A DNA stretch of 64,000 bases from the NCBI GenBank assembly GCA_964347865.1, contig CAYGAC010000017.1:4-64003 (forward strand). The letters are read 5' to 3'. The DNA is from an uncultured Thermoplasmatales archaeon. GTDB taxonomy: Archaea; Thermoplasmatota; E2; DHVEG-1. The first letter of the stretch is position 1. The number at the start of each line of letters is the position of its first letter. This document shows positions 50,820-60,291 of the stretch, piece by piece. Under the pieces are notes generated by a model, which searched no databases, was not told where the DNA came from, and worked only from the letters and a program-made list of their open reading frames with translations. The translations under genes and the position numbers were made by a program.

Positions 50820-51980
50820 TTAAGATACTCGTTCTTTCAATGTATTTAATTCATCACCTTTGATATTAAAATTATTAGCAATATCGATCATTTCTCTTAA
50901 GATTACTTTGATTTCATCTGATAAATTCTTCTGTAATGTAACATTAATTAAATCAATAAAATCATCGACATATAATCCAAGTTTGTCTTGATTCTTTTTA
51001 TAAGCCCAATCTTTAATTTCAATAGTAGCTTCTAAATCAAGTTTGCATCTTTTTAAAATTTCAATATTAACATCTTTCGTTCCATATTTTATTTTATTAA
51101 TGTAGGCTTGCATCATTGCTTGTTTTTCAACAAAATTTAGATTTGTTAATGCAGTCATTTGTCTACTAGATTGAATTGCTAGATTATATGAAAAAGCAGC
51201 GATTGAAATTGATAGAATTGCCAATCCTATTGATGGGTTTATTAAGAACAAAATAACAATTCCAAATATCATTAGGAGGGTACCTGCAACAATATAATAT
51301 ATTTCAGAAATCGATCTTCTCATAATTATCTTTCTCCTTTGAGACCCTGTTTTTCTATTATTTGATTTTTTTCTACAATTAATATTAAAATATATTTGAA
51401 CAACCATTGCCGACAAGGTAAATAGTCCTAACGCAAGTATACCATAAGTTAACGCACGATGTTCATAACTCATTCTTGTTTGCAAGGCAGTGCTTTCTGT
51501 ATGAATCCTGATTTTCTCACCAGATGTAGATCGAAAATCCGGATCGTTTGCAGAGGGAGGATGATAAAAACTAATTTCATACCAAAGCCAATATTCCTTT
51601 GATTCATCTACATGGATATCTAAAGCTTTAGACCATTCATATGAGCGTTTTAACTTTATATTAAAATTTACTTCATATAAAGTCCGTTCAACATCTCCAA
51701 AACCCAACATTATATATATTGTAATATTCATTGGATATTGAAGCTCATTTTCAGGTTCAATAATAATAATTGTATTTATTGGTTCTAATTCTGAGAATAA
51801 ATAGTCGTTTGTTGATGCAATAATATTGATATAAACATCGGTGTCATTTATTAGTGCTATTGGAAAATCACGTGTTCTTTCTTTGTCAATCAAGGTAATT
51901 GCCCCTGTATATGAAAAATAAACACCAATTACTAAGCAAACTAAGATTACGGTTAAGACAATTATATGTTTTTTATTCAT
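50820..51980 (-). CDS. membrane protein (signal anchor, extracytoplasmic domain, 3 TM, cytoplasmic C-terminal domain)
   Basis: Last gene of the TIR-headed operon; topology read from hydrophobic segments. Confidence 0.45.
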   Translation of the reverse strand: MNKKHIIVLTVILVCLVIGVYFSYTGAITLIDKERTRDFPIALINDTDVYINIIASTNDYLFSELEPINTIIIIEPENELQYPMNITIYIMLGFGDVERTLYEVNFNIKLKRSYEWSKALDIHVDESKEYWLWYEISFYHPPSANDPDFRSTSGEKIRIHTESTALQTRMSYEHRALTYGILALGLFTLSAMVVQIYFNINCRKKSNNRKTGSQRRKIIMRRSISEIYYIVAGTLLMIFGIVILFLINPSIGLAILSISIAAFSYNLAIQSSRQMTALTNLNFVEKQAMMQAYINKIKYGTKDVNIEILKRCKLDLEATIEIKDWAYKKNQDKLGLYVDDFIDLINVTLQKNLSDEIKVILREMIDIANNFNIKGDELNTLKERVS

Positions 51981-51986
51981 ACATCT

Positions 51987-52865
51987 TTATCTTCTTTCTA
52001 ATATCTCATTTATTTTTATCCATTCATCGACAATATCCAACCCTTTATCCCAATATTTCTGGAAAGGAATTGGTTGATTAATCCCTGTTATAGAAGCATA
52101 TTGTCCCCTCTTTATAACATCTGGAGAGGGCAATAGAAACTTACGTTCTTCGGTAATTAAATATCTATCGTGAATATCTGTTAAAACCTTTTTTTCACAA
52201 ATTTTTAATGAGAAGCCAATATTTCTATTGTCAAGCTCATCTCTAATTTTTTTTGAGGCGTTCCTTAGATTTTCTGTAGCTTTTTCAATTGAAGTGATTA
52301 TTTTGACGTTTGTAACATTTGCATTTTCTTTTAGACCTTCATTTAATAATCTCAGACCGCCCTCATTGAAATACTTGTCAATAAGATATATGTTATCTCG
52401 ACAAGACTTAATAGTTTCAGTATAATGGAGCTCATTAGCAAAAGGTGTTTCTGGAGAAATAAGCCGATCATAAACATTATATTTACTTTCTAAAATGGTA
52501 TTAATGCGATCTAATATCGTATAATCTGATGATGTTTTCTCGATGTCCATCAACATAATAGTTGCCATTAGAGGTATCATAATAATTAACATCGGTACCA
52601 AAACAATAGTCATTGAAATCGTACTGAAATCTTCATTTGATATCCATCCTGTGAAACCTGCAATAGCCATAAAAACAAAAACAAAAATCATTACAATAAA
52701 AAAGACAATAAATTCGTATTTCAAAAGTCTAGGTAATACTGATCTGAGATTCTTATTAAATTTTTTTGAAAGATATGTGATCAACGATTTCTCTTCTTTC
52801 TCCTTAATTTTTATTTCATAACTTTTTCTTAAAGTTTCAAGTTCCTCCCTTGAGAGTTTTACCAA
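51987..52865 (-). CDS. two-TM membrane protein with ~190-aa C-terminal soluble domain
   Basis: 6-nt gap to the downstream gene; coiled N-terminus; two TM helices. Confidence 0.45.
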   Translation of the reverse strand: MVKLSREELETLRKSYEIKIKEKEEKSLITYLSKKFNKNLRSVLPRLLKYEFIVFFIVMIFVFVFMAIAGFTGWISNEDFSTISMTIVLVPMLIIMIPLMATIMLMDIEKTSSDYTILDRINTILESKYNVYDRLISPETPFANELHYTETIKSCRDNIYLIDKYFNEGGLRLLNEGLKENANVTNVKIITSIEKATENLRNASKKIRDELDNRNIGFSLKICEKKVLTDIHDRYLITEERKFLLPSPDVIKRGQYASITGINQPIPFQKYWDKGLDIVDEWIKINEILERR

Positions 52866-52949
52866 TTGAATATAGCTTGATATAATTTAACCTCCAGATT
52901 CCATTTATAGGATTATTATAAAAACGAAAACCCATATAAAACATAATCG

Positions 52950-53294
52950 TTACAATATTCGAAACTGTCTCCATATTTCTTTTTTAATTCTTTCTCGCTC
53001 TTCATATGGCAATCTAAGATACCATTCATAATTCTTTTTAAGCCATTCCATATTCTCTGGAGTACCTTTCTCACCAAAATGTTCTCTCCATCTTTGTTTA
53101 TGAATAACGGCATGACATAAATCACAGAGTGTCACCATATTTTCAGGTTTATTCTCTCCTCCTTTATTCTTATAACGAATATGATGGACTTGTGCTTCAG
53201 AAATCACTCCAGAATCAAATATTTTACCATCTCGATCTCCACATATCTGGCATTGATAGTTTTCTCTTTGTTTTACTTTTTTCTTAGTGCTCAT
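52950..53294 (-). CDS. HNH endonuclease
   Basis: YQCQICGDRDG...VHHIRYKNKGGENKPENMVTLCDLCHAVIH (CxxC...HH...N...LCxxCH). Confidence 0.7.
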   Translation of the reverse strand: MSTKKKVKQRENYQCQICGDRDGKIFDSGVISEAQVHHIRYKNKGGENKPENMVTLCDLCHAVIHKQRWREHFGEKGTPENMEWLKKNYEWYLRLPYEERERIKKEIWRQFRIL

Positions 53295-53379
53295 AATTAT
53301 TGAAAATGTGTATTCTCTTTATTTTTATATTTCCTTTCTTTTTTAAATCGGTATTTTTCATCATATTATATTAATTAGA

Positions 53380-53907
53380 TTATTTAGCAAGCAAAAATAG
53401 AATAATTTGTACAGCAATCAAAAATAGATTTATCCCAGTAATAATTAAAATAAATTTAGTTAACTTATTCATTGATTTAGTATGTTCTAATATTTTATTA
53501 TTTAATTTTGTTGATTTTTCATCGAATTTTGTCATTAAATCCAATAATTTAACACTTGATTTAATTATACCAACTTTAGCTGGGTCACATTCTGGAGTTA
53601 AAAACGAAATGAAACCATCTAGCAAACCACTTAAACCAACTCGTTTCTTTTTTTCACACATTACTCTCAAATTACCCAATTTTTCACAATCATAATATCC
53701 GTTACAACGTGTGATTTCATAGATTTCATAATTGTCTGATGAATCCAATTTATTTTTAAAATCAGTAGCACATTTTTTACTGCAAAAATCATGTGATTCT
53801 AACAATACTTTAACCTTATCTCTTTTCTCATATTTTCTAAATGACGCAAAATTATATTCATACATTTTCTTGCCACAATTTTCACATTTCATTTTTTTCC
53901 TCCACAA
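53380..53907 (-). CDS. FCS/TRASH-type zinc-ribbon protein with C-terminal tail-anchor TM helix
   Basis: KCENCGKK...(x22)...FCSKKCATDF; C-terminal LTKFILIITGINLFLIAVQIILFLLAK. Confidence 0.45.
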   Translation of the reverse strand: MWRKKMKCENCGKKMYEYNFASFRKYEKRDKVKVLLESHDFCSKKCATDFKNKLDSSDNYEIYEITRCNGYYDCEKLGNLRVMCEKKKRVGLSGLLDGFISFLTPECDPAKVGIIKSSVKLLDLMTKFDEKSTKLNNKILEHTKSMNKLTKFILIITGINLFLIAVQIILFLLAK

Positions 53908-53958
53908 GAATCTTATAATATTGGTCTACTTCTTTACTTCCCTTTATGCAATATTCTC

Positions 53959-54882
53959 TCAATTTTTAAAATAATTATCATTCAATCTTATATTAAAATC
54001 ATATACACTAGTTGGAAGATCATATGCTACTGCATCTATTGCTTGTCCCCAATCACCATATGGAGCAAAATCAGCACTCCCAACTGTGAAAAAACCAAAG
54101 ATATCATCTTCTTTTCGATAAGCAAATACACCAACCGCATCATATTTTCCAGTGTTGAATAATTCTACACAGCATTGTTTTAGATTATACACTACTTCGT
54201 CTCTAGATAATCCTTTGGGGAGAATAATCCTTGCAAGTTCTCTTCTTACTGTTGAAAAATTCAAAGACTCTTGATGCACAATTTTATAAGAAGGTTTAAA
54301 TTCACCTTTCTCCAATTCATATTTATCTAAAGATTTCCTCTCTTTCTTTTGAACAACTAGTTGATATGCCTTATCAAGACTTCCCTTACTTTGGTGGGAT
54401 ATTAGATCATACATTTTTTCAAATTCAGTTTTTCTCTTAATCCCCTGGTTTTTTTCAAAATCTAACAATTTTTTAATTGCAATATATGCAATATCTTGAT
54501 CTGATGTTTTTGAATAATCGATATAAATTATATTCCCCGGTAAACCGATTATCTCTGTATCATCTAATTTAATTGGTATATATCTGTTTTCAGAATCTCG
54601 CTTTAGGATTACATCCCATTCAAATCTTGTCCAATTTTTATCACGATAATGTTTTGATATATAAACTAGAACTTGCTTGGATTTAGTAAAAATTTCAGCG
54701 AATGTTTCTTCACCATCAGTTCCTACAAGCTTAAATTTTTTAAAAGGGGCAAAAAACACCTTATATCCATATTCATGTAATATTTTTGCAGACTTTGATG
54801 CGATTGAGTAATCTTCACCTGCATAAGAAACGGCAAAGTCATATGTGAAATCCATCGCATAACCTCCCAAATTATATTTCAT
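53959..54882 (-). CDS. TIR-domain protein with ~150-aa uncharacterised C-terminal domain
   Basis: YDFAVSYAGEDYSIASKSAKILHEYGYKVFFAPF...SKQVLVYISKHYRDKNWTRFEWDVIL matches the TIR pattern (DVFISYAGED...G.KVF.D...S...VVVLS..Y..S.WC..EL). The probable start is the second Met at 54855. Confidence 0.7.
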   Translation of the reverse strand: MKYNLGGYAMDFTYDFAVSYAGEDYSIASKSAKILHEYGYKVFFAPFKKFKLVGTDGEETFAEIFTKSKQVLVYISKHYRDKNWTRFEWDVILKRDSENRYIPIKLDDTEIIGLPGNIIYIDYSKTSDQDIAYIAIKKLLDFEKNQGIKRKTEFEKMYDLISHQSKGSLDKAYQLVVQKKERKSLDKYELEKGEFKPSYKIVHQESLNFSTVRRELARIILPKGLSRDEVVYNLKQCCVELFNTGKYDAVGVFAYRKEDDIFGFFTVGSADFAPYGDWGQAIDAVAYDLPTSVYDFNIRLNDNYFKN

Positions 54883-55084
54883 AATATCTTTTACTTTAAA
54901 TAGTTGTTTTAAAATCGACTATTTAAATCAAAGGTTTAGTCCTAAAACATATCTCACCTTCTCTCATTCAACAGAACTAGTTTCAGTAATTCCATACGGA
55001 ATTATCTTGGGTGAAAAACTAAGAATTATTTACTATTAGCTTTTATAAAGTGATAAATGTTATAAAAATCTCTGAGGATATACT

Positions 55085-55975
55085 ATGGTAGGCAAAGTTT
55101 TTTTAAGTTGTGGTCAAAGACCCCCTCGCGAAGAACGTATTGCTAAGAAGATAAAAAAGTTGCTAAAGGATAAATTTGACTTAGATTGTTATGTTGCTAT
55201 TAATATTCAGAGTTTAAATGACATAATGAAAATAACGGATGAATTGAAATCTTCGGATTATTTTCTGTTTGTTGATTTTTCAAGAAAAGACGAAAATTTT
55301 CCTTGTTCTGTATTCAGTCATCAGGAACTTGCTTTAGCTTACCATCTTGGATTCAAAGAGATGATCGCATTTAAAGAAAAGGATTTAAATTCAGAAGGTT
55401 TTATTAGATATGTCCAATCAAATCCGGAGTCATTTAAATCTGAAGCGGAACTACTTGAAAAAATCGAGAGTTATGTTAAACAACGGAACTGGAATAAGAA
55501 GTATTCTAGGAATCTAATTGTGGATCGTATTAAAAAATTTGAGATTCCCATTGTTTACACTGATCATACAGGTCGTTATGAGGAATATGTTTGGCATGCT
55601 TACATTAGGAATCTTAGACCTGATATCGCAGCAGTTAACTCGGTGTGTATATTAGATTATATAGAATTGCCAGACGGAACTAAAGAAAAATGTTATGACC
55701 GCAATTATCTAAAATGGGCAACAACAATAGGTTATCAAAAAACTATACTTCCAGAAGATTTTGGTATAGTTGATATTTTTGCGATTCGTGAGAAACCTCC
55801 TGGAATTTATTTGCACAGTCAGTGGGATATAATTATAAGAAATCCCGTAATAAAAAAAGATGGTAAATACAAATTACATTACAAAATATTCTCTGAAGAA
55901 TTTCCATTATTATTATTTTATGTAGAAGTCGATTATCAACATAAAAAATCTACTCAGGCAAAACTAATTAATTAA
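55085..55975 (+). CDS. DUF4062-like (TIR/deoxyribosyltransferase-related Rossmann) domain protein with unknown C-terminal domain
   Basis: KVFLSCGQRPPREERIAKKI...DYFLFVDFSRKDE...SVFSHQELALAYHLGFKEMIAF resembles the DUF4062 pattern (VFISSTFRDL.EER...DIYVGIIG.RYG...S.TE.EYE.A...GKPILVF). Divergent from the TIR gene. Confidence 0.4.
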   Translation: MVGKVFLSCGQRPPREERIAKKIKKLLKDKFDLDCYVAINIQSLNDIMKITDELKSSDYFLFVDFSRKDENFPCSVFSHQELALAYHLGFKEMIAFKEKDLNSEGFIRYVQSNPESFKSEAELLEKIESYVKQRNWNKKYSRNLIVDRIKKFEIPIVYTDHTGRYEEYVWHAYIRNLRPDIAAVNSVCILDYIELPDGTKEKCYDRNYLKWATTIGYQKTILPEDFGIVDIFAIREKPPGIYLHSQWDIIIRNPVIKKDGKYKLHYKIFSEEFPLLLFYVEVDYQHKKSTQAKLIN

Positions 55976-56137
55976 AATTAAAAAAAATCTTTTCTTCTCC
56001 TTCAACAGGAATAAGAGCATTACACACCAATCCAATGACTACAATGGTATATAACCATAAGAGTATATTTGATGCGATAAATTGGATACAATCAGATAAA
56101 TATTATTCGTAATAATTCATAGTAAAATTAAATATGA

Positions 56138-56659
56138 ATGTCCAATATACTTAGGTTTATGATTGACTATGATTTTAAATATCAATATAATTCAATAATA
56201 CCTAGAAAAGGTAGAAAAGAGGTTCTTGATGCAGTTCAAGCAAGTTTTTCTGGATTGGAAATCTGTGTAAAATTGACTACAGAGAGTTATATTAAAAGAA
56301 AAGACAAAACTCAAAATATCAAAAAATTCAATACATTTAGAAAAAGAGTTGACTATTTAAAGAAAAAAATTTTGATTACAAAAGAAGTTCATGATCTTAT
56401 GGTAATACTAGGAAGGATAAGGAATAAATTATTTCACGAAACAATAACTAACAAACAAATATTCAATTTATTCAATGAAATTATTTTAGATAATGATTTT
56501 GTAAAAAAAATAGGGAATGATTGTAGAAAATATCAATTGTTAGGAAGTTATTGTTGTATGGTTATATTCGAACTCCAAAAAAGTTTTGCACCTGAAGAGA
56601 TACTTCATTTAGAAGGAACGAAAGATACAAAATTTGAGCCTTATGACGGATTTATTTAG
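56138..56659 (+). CDS. putative HEPN-domain protein
   Basis: ILGRIRNKLFHE contains an R-N-x3-H motif in a predicted helix (HEPN Rx4-6H). Size 173 aa. Confidence 0.35.
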   Translation: MSNILRFMIDYDFKYQYNSIIPRKGRKEVLDAVQASFSGLEICVKLTTESYIKRKDKTQNIKKFNTFRKRVDYLKKKILITKEVHDLMVILGRIRNKLFHETITNKQIFNLFNEIILDNDFVKKIGNDCRKYQLLGSYCCMVIFELQKSFAPEEILHLEGTKDTKFEPYDGFI

Positions 56660-57416
56660 TAAAATGAATTTCTATTAAGTTAAACAATTTTTTCAATATA
56701 TCTGGGATTTTTTTATTATTAAGAGGATTTATCACCCCTTTAAAATGATTATTTTTCATCATAATAACAGATGATATCTTATCATTTTCTTTTTTCGAAA
56801 ATTCACCAAGAAAATGACGTATTACTTGTTTAGTTTCATTATTTATATTGTAGATAACCCCGCCTTTTCCATTTCTTTGACAAAAAATCAATAAATCCAT
56901 GAATTCGCCAAAATCAACTCCTGGTGGTACATTCATTAAAATAAAATTTATTTTGTCATCGGATAATTTCGAATGGATTTTATCTAGGATAATATCCCAT
57001 ATTCTAGTAATATCATCAATTTCTTCTGCATACTCGCCCATAGGTTCTAATAACTTTTGAGAGGTATGAAGATTCTTTACCTCAATTATTGAATTTAGTT
57101 CAGGTATTTCGACATCGGGAAAACTTTTTGATAAACGTATATCGATTTTATTTTTAATCAGATAACAAGCGGTTTTGATTTCTATTAATGTATCTTCAAA
57201 TTGAGGAGAATTATTTAATTTATCTCTTAAATCTTTATTAATTAAATTATTTTCATTAAGTATATAGAGATTTTCGTTGAATATTTTGAAATATTCACTA
57301 AAATCATAACGACTTTTTGAATTTAAGATAAATAATGGGTGATCTTTATTTTTACCATCATTAAACCATTCATTTGGAAATATTTCTAGTATATTGGGAA
57401 ATCTATCTAAAGACAT
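56652..57416 (-). CDS. hypothetical protein, convergent and overlapping the HEPN-like gene by 8 nt
   Basis: ORF track; no motif. Confidence 0.35.
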   Translation of the reverse strand: MSLDRFPNILEIFPNEWFNDGKNKDHPLFILNSKSRYDFSEYFKIFNENLYILNENNLINKDLRDKLNNSPQFEDTLIEIKTACYLIKNKIDIRLSKSFPDVEIPELNSIIEVKNLHTSQKLLEPMGEYAEEIDDITRIWDIILDKIHSKLSDDKINFILMNVPPGVDFGEFMDLLIFCQRNGKGGVIYNINNETKQVIRHFLGEFSKKENDKISSVIMMKNNHFKGVINPLNNKKIPDILKKLFNLIEIHFTK

Positions 57417-57708
57417 TTTAACATCTGTTTTTAAATTTTACAATAATGCAATATTATATAAAACTGGCAGTTAGCATAGTAAAAACCTTCTAAGTATTAC
57501 TATCACATATCAAACTCTAATCAAAAAATGAAATACGATTCTTAATCTATCATCACTGTATCCTGATTATTATCAGGTATGGACCACATACCCAGCTATA
57601 TATGTTGAGAAAACCTTAACTATTAATTGTTAAAAAGTATTGAGAATAGGTGTTTTCTGCCTGATTTGTCTTTGAATCACTGTCGTTTATTTGGAAATAC
57701 CTAAAAAA

Positions 57709-57731
57709 TTCGGTTAAGATAATTAACCGAA
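57709..57731. repeat. hairpin repeat copy C (TTCGGTTAA-gataa-TTAACCGAA)
   Basis: Same stem family; preceded by CCTAAAAAA. Confidence 0.5.
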
Positions 57732-58046
57732 ACTTATAAGGTTTTAAGTTATAAATGCTAAAAAGTAGGGAGAAACCTTCTGTTATCAAATCCAACCTAG
57801 GCCTATTTGAGTGAAGTAAAAGGACGAAGAAAAATTTATTATCTCCCTAAGAAAGGAGAATCATTACCAAAATATATATCTGCTATAAACAATATATTTA
57901 TGTTTTCAAAAAATCCTACAAAATGCCAAAAAATTGCATGATTTTTTATTTTTTTCGGAAAAATCATAACTATCAATTTAAGTATTTATAGAACAATAAA
58001 AAAATCCTGTCAATAAATGTCTTATTGATTTAATGGAGGGATAGAA

Positions 58047-58277
58047 ATGAATGAAAAAGAATCGTATAGCATATTGGATTTTAAAGAAGCTGATCCCATC
58101 CTTGAAAAACATAGAAAAGACGTGATTGAAAAATTCATGGAATATGAAATAGTTCTGCTGAATGAGTTCAAAGAAAAAGACAAAAATCTAGATGATTATT
58201 TGGAACATATGAAAACAACTCTGTGGTTCATAAAAGACCAGAGAGCACATCAGATAAATGAAGAATTGAAATTATAA
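58047..58277 (+). CDS. small acidic hypothetical protein
   Basis: GGAGGGATAGAAATG RBS. Confidence 0.3.
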   Translation: MNEKESYSILDFKEADPILEKHRKDVIEKFMEYEIVLLNEFKEKDKNLDDYLEHMKTTLWFIKDQRAHQINEELKL

Positions 58278-58279
58278 TC

Positions 58280-58495
58280 TTACTTTTTTTTAACACCGAT
58301 TATCTGATCAATAAGTTCGTATTTTACCAAAGCCTTTCCTATTATTATTTTTCCATTCTCAATCCTGAAAAAAACTTCATCATTTGGTTTTAATTTTAAA
58401 AGTTTTAAAACTTCATGAGGTAGTGTTATCCTGTTTCTACTATCTATCTGTCGAGGTTTACTTAAGATTTTTTCCATATAAATTGTGGGATACAA
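58280..58495 (-). CDS. AbrB/MazE/SpoVT-type (swapped-hairpin) DNA-binding protein
   Basis: RNRITLPHEVLKLLKLKPNDEVFFRIENGKIIIGKA fits the looped-hinge-helix motif. Confidence 0.55.
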   Translation of the reverse strand: MYPTIYMEKILSKPRQIDSRNRITLPHEVLKLLKLKPNDEVFFRIENGKIIIGKALVKYELIDQIIGVKKK

Positions 58496-58735
58496 TTTTT
58501 CATATTTAGATTTAATGGTATTATGGGTGTATGGGTAAAATATATATACCCATTATGCGATATAGTGTTGATTTGATTTTGTATAACTAATACAATCTAA
58601 TCGGGGAGGTTAATGAAATTGTGATTATTGATTGGAAAATTGAATTCTCTCGAGATCACATTAATTTTATAGTGGATTATAACGACCGAGACGGAAAAAG
58701 CCTAAAGGAACCTCATTCTCGGGAGGTCAAAGAAT

Positions 58736-60169
58736 ATGGAGAGTGAACAAATAATGAAAAAAAGAATTTGGATAGCTAGCATAATAGTTGTGCTAATGAT
58801 GTTGGTAAGTTCACAGATAGTGTTTTTCAACACAGTGAAATCTGATCCAACTCCACATACTGGAGATGCAGATGTAGGAATACTCTGGATTAGTGAATTA
58901 GATGTATCGTCACATCTACAAACGATTGATAACATTGGAATTGGTCATGTGAACGCAACTGATGATTGGGTAATATGGGAAGATGGAACTGGTAATATAA
59001 ATGCCAGCTGGTCAGTTGATATAGGAAATAGACACCCTGAATATTTTGTCAAGTTCGGATTAACCGTTTATAATGTGGATGACGAGAATAAAAACATTGG
59101 AAATGATATGTTTATAAAGACCTATAACACAAACACGGGCTATGATGAAAGTGGTACTCTCACTGCTGCCCTTGAATTTACTCAACAGCAGATGGCGGCA
59201 GGCTCCCAGACTTTAGTGTGTTATCTTGACGCTGAGATTATTTTGAATGAAACTGTAGAAGCAGTAAACTTTACTAGTTGGAGTCAGGACAGGTGTGTTG
59301 TTGCTGTAGACTTCGTGGATCCTCAGGATGTTCCGCCGTTTTCAAAATACAGAGATAAAGCAAACGATAAGTTTCCAAGTATGTACACTTATATTAACGG
59401 ATGGAATGAACCTGGATTATTTGATGATGAAGACGACATGCTTAATAATCAAACTTTTTTCAAGGTTGGTTCTGCTACGCTAGCCTCAACTTCTGACAGT
59501 AGCGGTCTTTGGGATTTAGGAGATGCTAAAATCTGGAGAGATAACGATTTGCAAGCTCACCTAGACTTTATACCAAAACCGCCTTATACACATACAATTG
59601 ATCCTGTAGAGGGAGTATTGACATGTGATGTAAAAGTTGATTTTACTATTGACATGTATAAGGGAAAACCTCCTCGTGCGGTGCTAATGGCTTATCGTTT
59701 ATGGAAAGAAGATGGTCAATTTGCAAGCGACTGGGCGATAAGGCCTTGGTGTATTTATTTGGAAGATCCTACAGGTGATTTTAGAACAACAATAACTGCG
59801 GATACTAGTGATGATATATATCCCTACCCAGATGGAGATGGTAAAGTCGAGATATGGGGTAGGTTTTATGTGGCCCTTTTTAAAGGAGGCGCTATGGATT
59901 TCATGAAAACTCAATTTGATCCATATTATATAATAATTGGAGATGGACAAGGTGAATCTGTTGAAATTGAACATGAGTATTGTAGATGGGAATGCTCGTG
60001 TGCATATCACAACGAATCATATATTATACCCGTTGATTCAAGCACAATATCTGGAGTGACCATGGTTGAAGCCGATATTACTGATATTTTACAATCACAG
60101 TCAACAGGTGAATGTGTGTATACGTTTGCAGGTGATAGAGGCGATACAAGAATTAGATTGACTTGTTAA
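58736..60169 (+). CDS. secreted hypothetical protein (477 aa)
   Basis: Signal peptide MKKRIWIASIIVVLMMLVSSQIVFF; Cys-containing C-terminus; N-x-S/T sequons. Confidence 0.45.
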   Translation: MESEQIMKKRIWIASIIVVLMMLVSSQIVFFNTVKSDPTPHTGDADVGILWISELDVSSHLQTIDNIGIGHVNATDDWVIWEDGTGNINASWSVDIGNRHPEYFVKFGLTVYNVDDENKNIGNDMFIKTYNTNTGYDESGTLTAALEFTQQQMAAGSQTLVCYLDAEIILNETVEAVNFTSWSQDRCVVAVDFVDPQDVPPFSKYRDKANDKFPSMYTYINGWNEPGLFDDEDDMLNNQTFFKVGSATLASTSDSSGLWDLGDAKIWRDNDLQAHLDFIPKPPYTHTIDPVEGVLTCDVKVDFTIDMYKGKPPRAVLMAYRLWKEDGQFASDWAIRPWCIYLEDPTGDFRTTITADTSDDIYPYPDGDGKVEIWGRFYVALFKGGAMDFMKTQFDPYYIIIGDGQGESVEIEHEYCRWECSCAYHNESYIIPVDSSTISGVTMVEADITDILQSQSTGECVYTFAGDRGDTRIRLTC

Positions 60170-60291
60170 AATTGAACTCATGACATCGGATGAACATTCA
60201 ATTCATCTATCCCCTCTTTTTTTCTTTATTTTTGGTTGGGTATAAAAATTTAAATATATGATAAACAATTAAATTATGTATTGGAGGAAGC

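Noticed and set aside
53959-55975. Calling the TIR/DUF4062 pair a canonical Thoeris (ThsA/ThsB) system
   Set aside because: No SIR2, SLOG or Macro effector domain is recognisable, and the downstream genes (FCS ribbon, HNH, TM proteins) do not match ThsA. It is better treated as an uncharacterised TIR-based arrangement.
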